Shown here: positions 60,937 to 64,000 of the stretch, one piece after another
How positions within the stretch are numbered: position 1 is the stretch's first letter
How the letters are laid out: the number at the start of each line of letters is the position of its first letter
From: an uncultured Thermoleophilia bacterium
GTDB lineage: Bacteria; Actinomycetota; Thermoleophilia; UBA2241
Assembly (NCBI GenBank): GCA_963775255.1
Contig: CAVZIA010000018.1
Coordinates: 20,607 to 84,606, forward strand
DNA: 64,000 nucleotides
Direction: 5' to 3'
Position numbers and translations under genes: made by a program
Notes under the pieces: generated by a model
The model's input: the letters and a program-made list of their open reading frames with translations, nothing else
Databases searched by the model: none
What the model was told of the DNA's origin: nothing

Positions 60937-63900
60937 TCAGCTCACCTCCATGAAGAGCGCCTCTTCCTTGGCGAAGACCTGCGCGTCGGTGTAGTGGTGC
61001 AGTGTGATCGCCTTGACGGGGCACTCACTCACGCAGACACCGCAGCCCTGACAGGCGGCCGCCTCGATCTTGGCCTTCTTGGTGTCGAGTTCGATGATCG
61101 GGACCTCGTAGGGGCAGATGCGCACGCACGTGAGGCAGGCTGCGCACTTGTCCTGGTCGACCTCCGCCACGACGCCGCCGGCCTTGAGCGCCGGCTTGGC
61201 CAGGATGGCCGCGGCGCGACCTGCGGCGGCGTAGGCCTGCGAGATCGTCTCCTCGATGCTCTTGGGGTAGTGGGCCGCGCCGCAGAGGAAGAGACCCTCG
61301 GAGGCGAAGTCAACCGGACGCAGCTTGACGTGCGCCTCGAGGTAGAAGCCGTCGGCCGTGAGCGGCGTCTTGATCATCTTGCTGAGGTCGCTCGCGCCCT
61401 CCGGCGTCACGGTCGCGGTGGCCAGCACGAGCAGGTCGAGCGGCAGGGTCACGTCGCGGCCCAGATACGGGTCGCGGGCCGAGACGCTGACGCTGCCGTT
61501 GGCCTCGACCTGCGGCGGCGTGTCGTTGTCGTAGCGCGTGAAGATGACGCCGAGCTCACGGGCCTTCGTGTAGTACTCCTCGAGCAGGCCGTAGGTGCGC
61601 ATCTCCTTGAACCACACGTAGACCTGTCGCGCGGGGTCCTGCTCCTTGAGCGCTATGGCGTTCTTGACGCTCTGCTGGCAGCAGGTGCGCGAGCAGTACG
61701 GGTGGTTCTCGTCGAGCGAGCCGGCGCAGAGGATGAAGCCGGCGCTCTTGACGTCGGCCAGCGCCGGGTCGTCCTCCTTGAGCATGCGCTCCAGGTCCAT
61801 GCCGGTCACGACCTTCTGGCTGGAGCCGAGGCCGTACATGTCCGGGCGGTCCTCCACGCCGCCGGTGGCGACGATGACGATGCCGTGGTCCACCGGTGTG
61901 CGCTTGCCGTCCTTGTCACCGATGACGCTCGAGAAGTTGCCGATGAAGCCGTGGAAGTCGGCGAGCTGGGACTCGAGGTGGATCTTGACGTTGGGGTTGT
62001 CGACGAGTCGCTGCTCCATCTCCTTGATGAGCTGCGCCGGGTCGTTGCCCTTGACCGTCGTGCCGAGCTCGAGCACGTGACCGCCGAGCTTGGAGGTGCG
62101 CTCGATGAGGTGTACCTCGTGGCCCATGTCGCCGAGCGCCAGGGCGCTCGTCATGCCGGCCACGCCGCCGCCGATGACCACGGCGGAGTGGGTGAGCGGC
62201 ACGTCGACCTTGAACAGTGGCTCGAGCAGCCGGGCCCGGGCCACGCTCATCTGGACCAGTTCCTTGGCCTTCTGCGTGGCCTTCTCCGGCTCCTTGGCGT
62301 GTACCCAGCTCGCCTGGTCGCGGATGTTGGCCATCTCGAAGAGGAACGGGTTGAGCCCGGCCTCGCGCAGCGTGTCCTGGAAGATGGGCTCGTGCGTGCG
62401 TGGCGTGCAGCTTGCGACCACGACGCGGTTGAGGTCGTGCTCCACGATGGCGTCGCGGATCAGCGTGAGACTGTCCGACGAGCACGTGTACATGGTGTCG
62501 GTGGCGAACGCCACGCCGGGCAGCTGGCTGGCGTACTCGGCGACGCTCTCGACGCCGATGACGCCGGCGATGTTGCTGCCGCAGTGGCAGACGAAGACGC
62601 CGACGCGCGGCTCCTCGCCGACCACGTCCTTCTCCGTCGGGTACTCCTTGTCCACCGTGAGGGTGCCGCGGGAGTCGGCGAGACCGGTCATGACCTGCGC
62701 CGCGGCGGCCGAGGCCTGGGCGACGCTGTCGGGGATGTCCTTGGGCTCGCCGAACGGGCCGACGACGAACACGCCCTTGCGGCTCGTCTCGAGCGGGTTG
62801 AACTCGTGCAGCTCGCAGAAGCCGTGCCGGTTGAGGGCGACGCCGACGTGGCCGGCCGCCTCCTGCGCCTTGCGCGCAGGCTCCAGGCCGGCCGAGAGCA
62901 CGACCATGTCGTACCGCGTCTCGTGCATCTTGCCGGCCTCGTCCTCCCAGCTGATGAGCAGGTCGTTGGTCAGCGGGTCTTCCTTGATGTACGACGGGCG
63001 CGAGCGGACGAACTTGACGCCCTTGTCGATGGCGCGCTGGTAGAAGGCGTCGAAGCCCTTGCCCTGGGCGCGCATGTCCATGAGGAAGACGGTGGGCTCG
63101 CAGTCGGGCTCGTGGTCCATGGTGAGCATGGCCTGCTTGTTGGCGAAGCTGCAGCACACGCTCGAGCAGTACTCGTGCTCCTGGTCGCGCGAGCCGACGC
63201 ACTGGATGAAGGCGATCTTCTTGGGGTGCTGGTCGTTGTCGCGGCGCTTGATCTCACCGATGGTGGGGCCGCTGGCGCTGAGCATGCGCTCGTACTCCAG
63301 CGCCGAGAGCACGTTGGGGTAGCGCTGGTAGCCGTACTCGCTGTTGGCGCCGGGGTCGTAGAGGTCGAAGCCGGTCGCCATGACGACGGCGCCGACGTCG
63401 AGGTCCATCTCCTTGTCGCGCTCGCCGTGCACGAGGGCGCCGGGCCCGCAGGCGCGCACGCACTCCATGCACTCGGAGCAGACGGCGCAGTTGAGACAGC
63501 GCTTGGCCTCGGCCTCGGCCTGCTCCGCTGAGAAGCCGGTGTTGACCTCGTCCCAGACGATCCGGCGCGCGGCGCCGGGAAGGTGCGGCATCTGCATGCG
63601 CGCCATGACGGCGGTCTGCTCGAGGACGGCGTCCTCGGGCCTGGCCTCGTCCATGACGTCGTCCTCGATGGGAAGGAGCTCCTCGCCGCGCAGGAAGTTG
63701 TGGATGCTGCGCGCGGCGCGGCGGCCGGCGGCGACGGCCTCGATGGCCGTCCAGGGGGCGCGGGCCGCGGCGTCTCCGCCGGCGAACACGCCCTTCTTGC
63801 CGGTGGCCAGCGTCGCCTTGTCGGTGACGATCTGGCCCTTGACGACCTTGACGCTCTTGGGCGCGCCCTCCAGGAAGTCCTCGACCATGCTCTGGCCGAT

Positions 63901-64000
63901 GGCGAAGATGACGGTGTCGCAGTCGAGCGTGTGCTCTGATCCGGCGATGGCGACCGGCGGACGCCAGCCGCGCTCGTCCGGGTCGCCGAGCGAGCAGGCG
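60937..64000 (-). CDS. hdrA: large HdrA-like flavoprotein with two HdrA-type modules, N-terminally fused to a GltD/NfnB-like NAD(P)H module; 5' end outside the window
   Basis: Frame is open from 64000. DTVIFAIGQ...GVFAGGDAA...AIEAVAAGRRAA is a GltD-like C-terminus. Then two sets of HdrA motifs (IQCVGSRD...YCSSVCC; VFVCHCGSNI; VIGGGVAGMTSAL; ILCAGSLD..YCSRTCC) and terminal 2x[4Fe-4S] (CAACLTCVRICP, CQGCGVCVSECP). Confidence 0.9.
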   Translation of the reverse strand, partial: ACSLGDPDERGWRPPVAIAGSEHTLDCDTVIFAIGQSMVEDFLEGAPKSVKVVKGQIVTDKATLATGKKGVFAGGDAAARAPWTAIEAVAAGRRAARSIHNFLRGEELLPIEDDVMDEARPEDAVLEQTAVMARMQMPHLPGAARRIVWDEVNTGFSAEQAEAEAKRCLNCAVCSECMECVRACGPGALVHGERDKEMDLDVGAVVMATGFDLYDPGANSEYGYQRYPNVLSALEYERMLSASGPTIGEIKRRDNDQHPKKIAFIQCVGSRDQEHEYCSSVCCSFANKQAMLTMDHEPDCEPTVFLMDMRAQGKGFDAFYQRAIDKGVKFVRSRPSYIKEDPLTNDLLISWEDEAGKMHETRYDMVVLSAGLEPARKAQEAAGHVGVALNRHGFCELHEFNPLETSRKGVFVVGPFGEPKDIPDSVAQASAAAAQVMTGLADSRGTLTVDKEYPTEKDVVGEEPRVGVFVCHCGSNIAGVIGVESVAEYASQLPGVAFATDTMYTCSSDSLTLIRDAIVEHDLNRVVVASCTPRTHEPIFQDTLREAGLNPFLFEMANIRDQASWVHAKEPEKATQKAKELVQMSVARARLLEPLFKVDVPLTHSAVVIGGGVAGMTSALALGDMGHEVHLIERTSKLGGHVLELGTTVKGNDPAQLIKEMEQRLVDNPNVKIHLESQLADFHGFIGNFSSVIGDKDGKRTPVDHGIVIVATGGVEDRPDMYGLGSSQKVVTGMDLERMLKEDDPALADVKSAGFILCAGSLDENHPYCSRTCCQQSVKNAIALKEQDPARQVYVWFKEMRTYGLLEEYYTKARELGVIFTRYDNDTPPQVEANGSVSVSARDPYLGRDVTLPLDLLVLATATVTPEGASDLSKMIKTPLTADGFYLEAHVKLRPVDFASEGLFLCGAAHYPKSIEETISQAYAAAGRAAAILAKPALKAGGVVAEVDQDKCAACLTCVRICPYEVPIIELDTKKAKIEAAACQGCGVCVSECPVKAITLHHYTDAQVFAKEEALFMEVS

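Noticed and set aside
1-64000. CRISPR arrays, tRNA/rRNA genes, IS elements, integrases, prophage or obvious defence-system genes
   Set aside because: Scanning by eye, I found no regularly spaced direct repeats, no tRNA-like T-arm/anticodon architecture in intergenic regions, and no transposase, recombinase or nuclease families among the ORFs. The intein is the only mobile element. tRNAscan, Infernal and defence-system HMM scans would be the decisive checks.

Overview
Very GC-rich chromosomal segment, with G or C at almost every third codon position, so every real gene is shadowed by long spurious antisense ORFs. Gene content looks like a high-GC Gram-positive bacterium (ppm1, nrdR-nrdJ, an MprAB-like two-component system, an Asp23/AmaP cluster). 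The taxon cannot be fixed from this window. I support about 65 protein-coding genes and saw no rRNA, tRNA, CRISPR array, transposase or integrase. The main blocks, in order:
- sdhCDAB (succinate dehydrogenase).
- An EamA exporter and a macro-domain protein.
- Three cation/proton-type transporters.
- A DmpA-like peptidase, an ornithine-cyclodeaminase-family protein and an APC permease.
- ppm1, an ASKHA (DUF1786-like) protein and a 2H phosphoesterase.
- nrdR-nrdJ with NrdR boxes. nrdJ carries a LAGLIDADG intein inside the catalytic TNPCGE motif.
- An Asp23/AmaP stress cluster and a Cof-type HAD hydrolase.
- A tightly coupled operon of two di-iron (ExxH) four-helix-bundle-like proteins, two paralogous SAM methyltransferases and a small protein, divergent from a COG2345-type wHTH regulator.
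- GGDEF-ALDH-SDR.
- A beta-lactamase-fold lipoprotein with degenerate active-site motifs.
- A DUF438/hemerythrin/PAS sensor with a stand-alone PAS paralog.
- MoxR-DUF58-DUF4129.
- A secreted G1 (eqolisin-type) glutamic peptidase.
- A histidine kinase and OmpR-type regulator next to a MacB-like ABC pair.
- A gluconokinase / gluconolactonase / glucose-dehydrogenase-like module followed by SCP2 and a glycogen-debranching-type enzyme.
- A decayed PII (GlnB/K) locus with two frameshifts.
- An RHH protein with an ABC-2 exporter, an SPFH protein and a flavodoxin.
- A translationally coupled hdrA-mvhD-metV-metF-hdrC-hdrB operon (Moorella-type methylene-THF reductase complex). Its HdrA runs off the window and is fused to a GltD-like NAD(P)H module.

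The candidates I consider most worth follow-up:
- The Hdr/MetFV operon with the fused HdrA.
- The di-iron/methyltransferase operon.
- The intein in nrdJ.
- The ppm1-ASKHA-2H unit.
- Several unexplained palindromes and repeats in intergenic DNA.
- Two in-frame or frameshift lesions: the PII locus and an amber-interrupted ORF.
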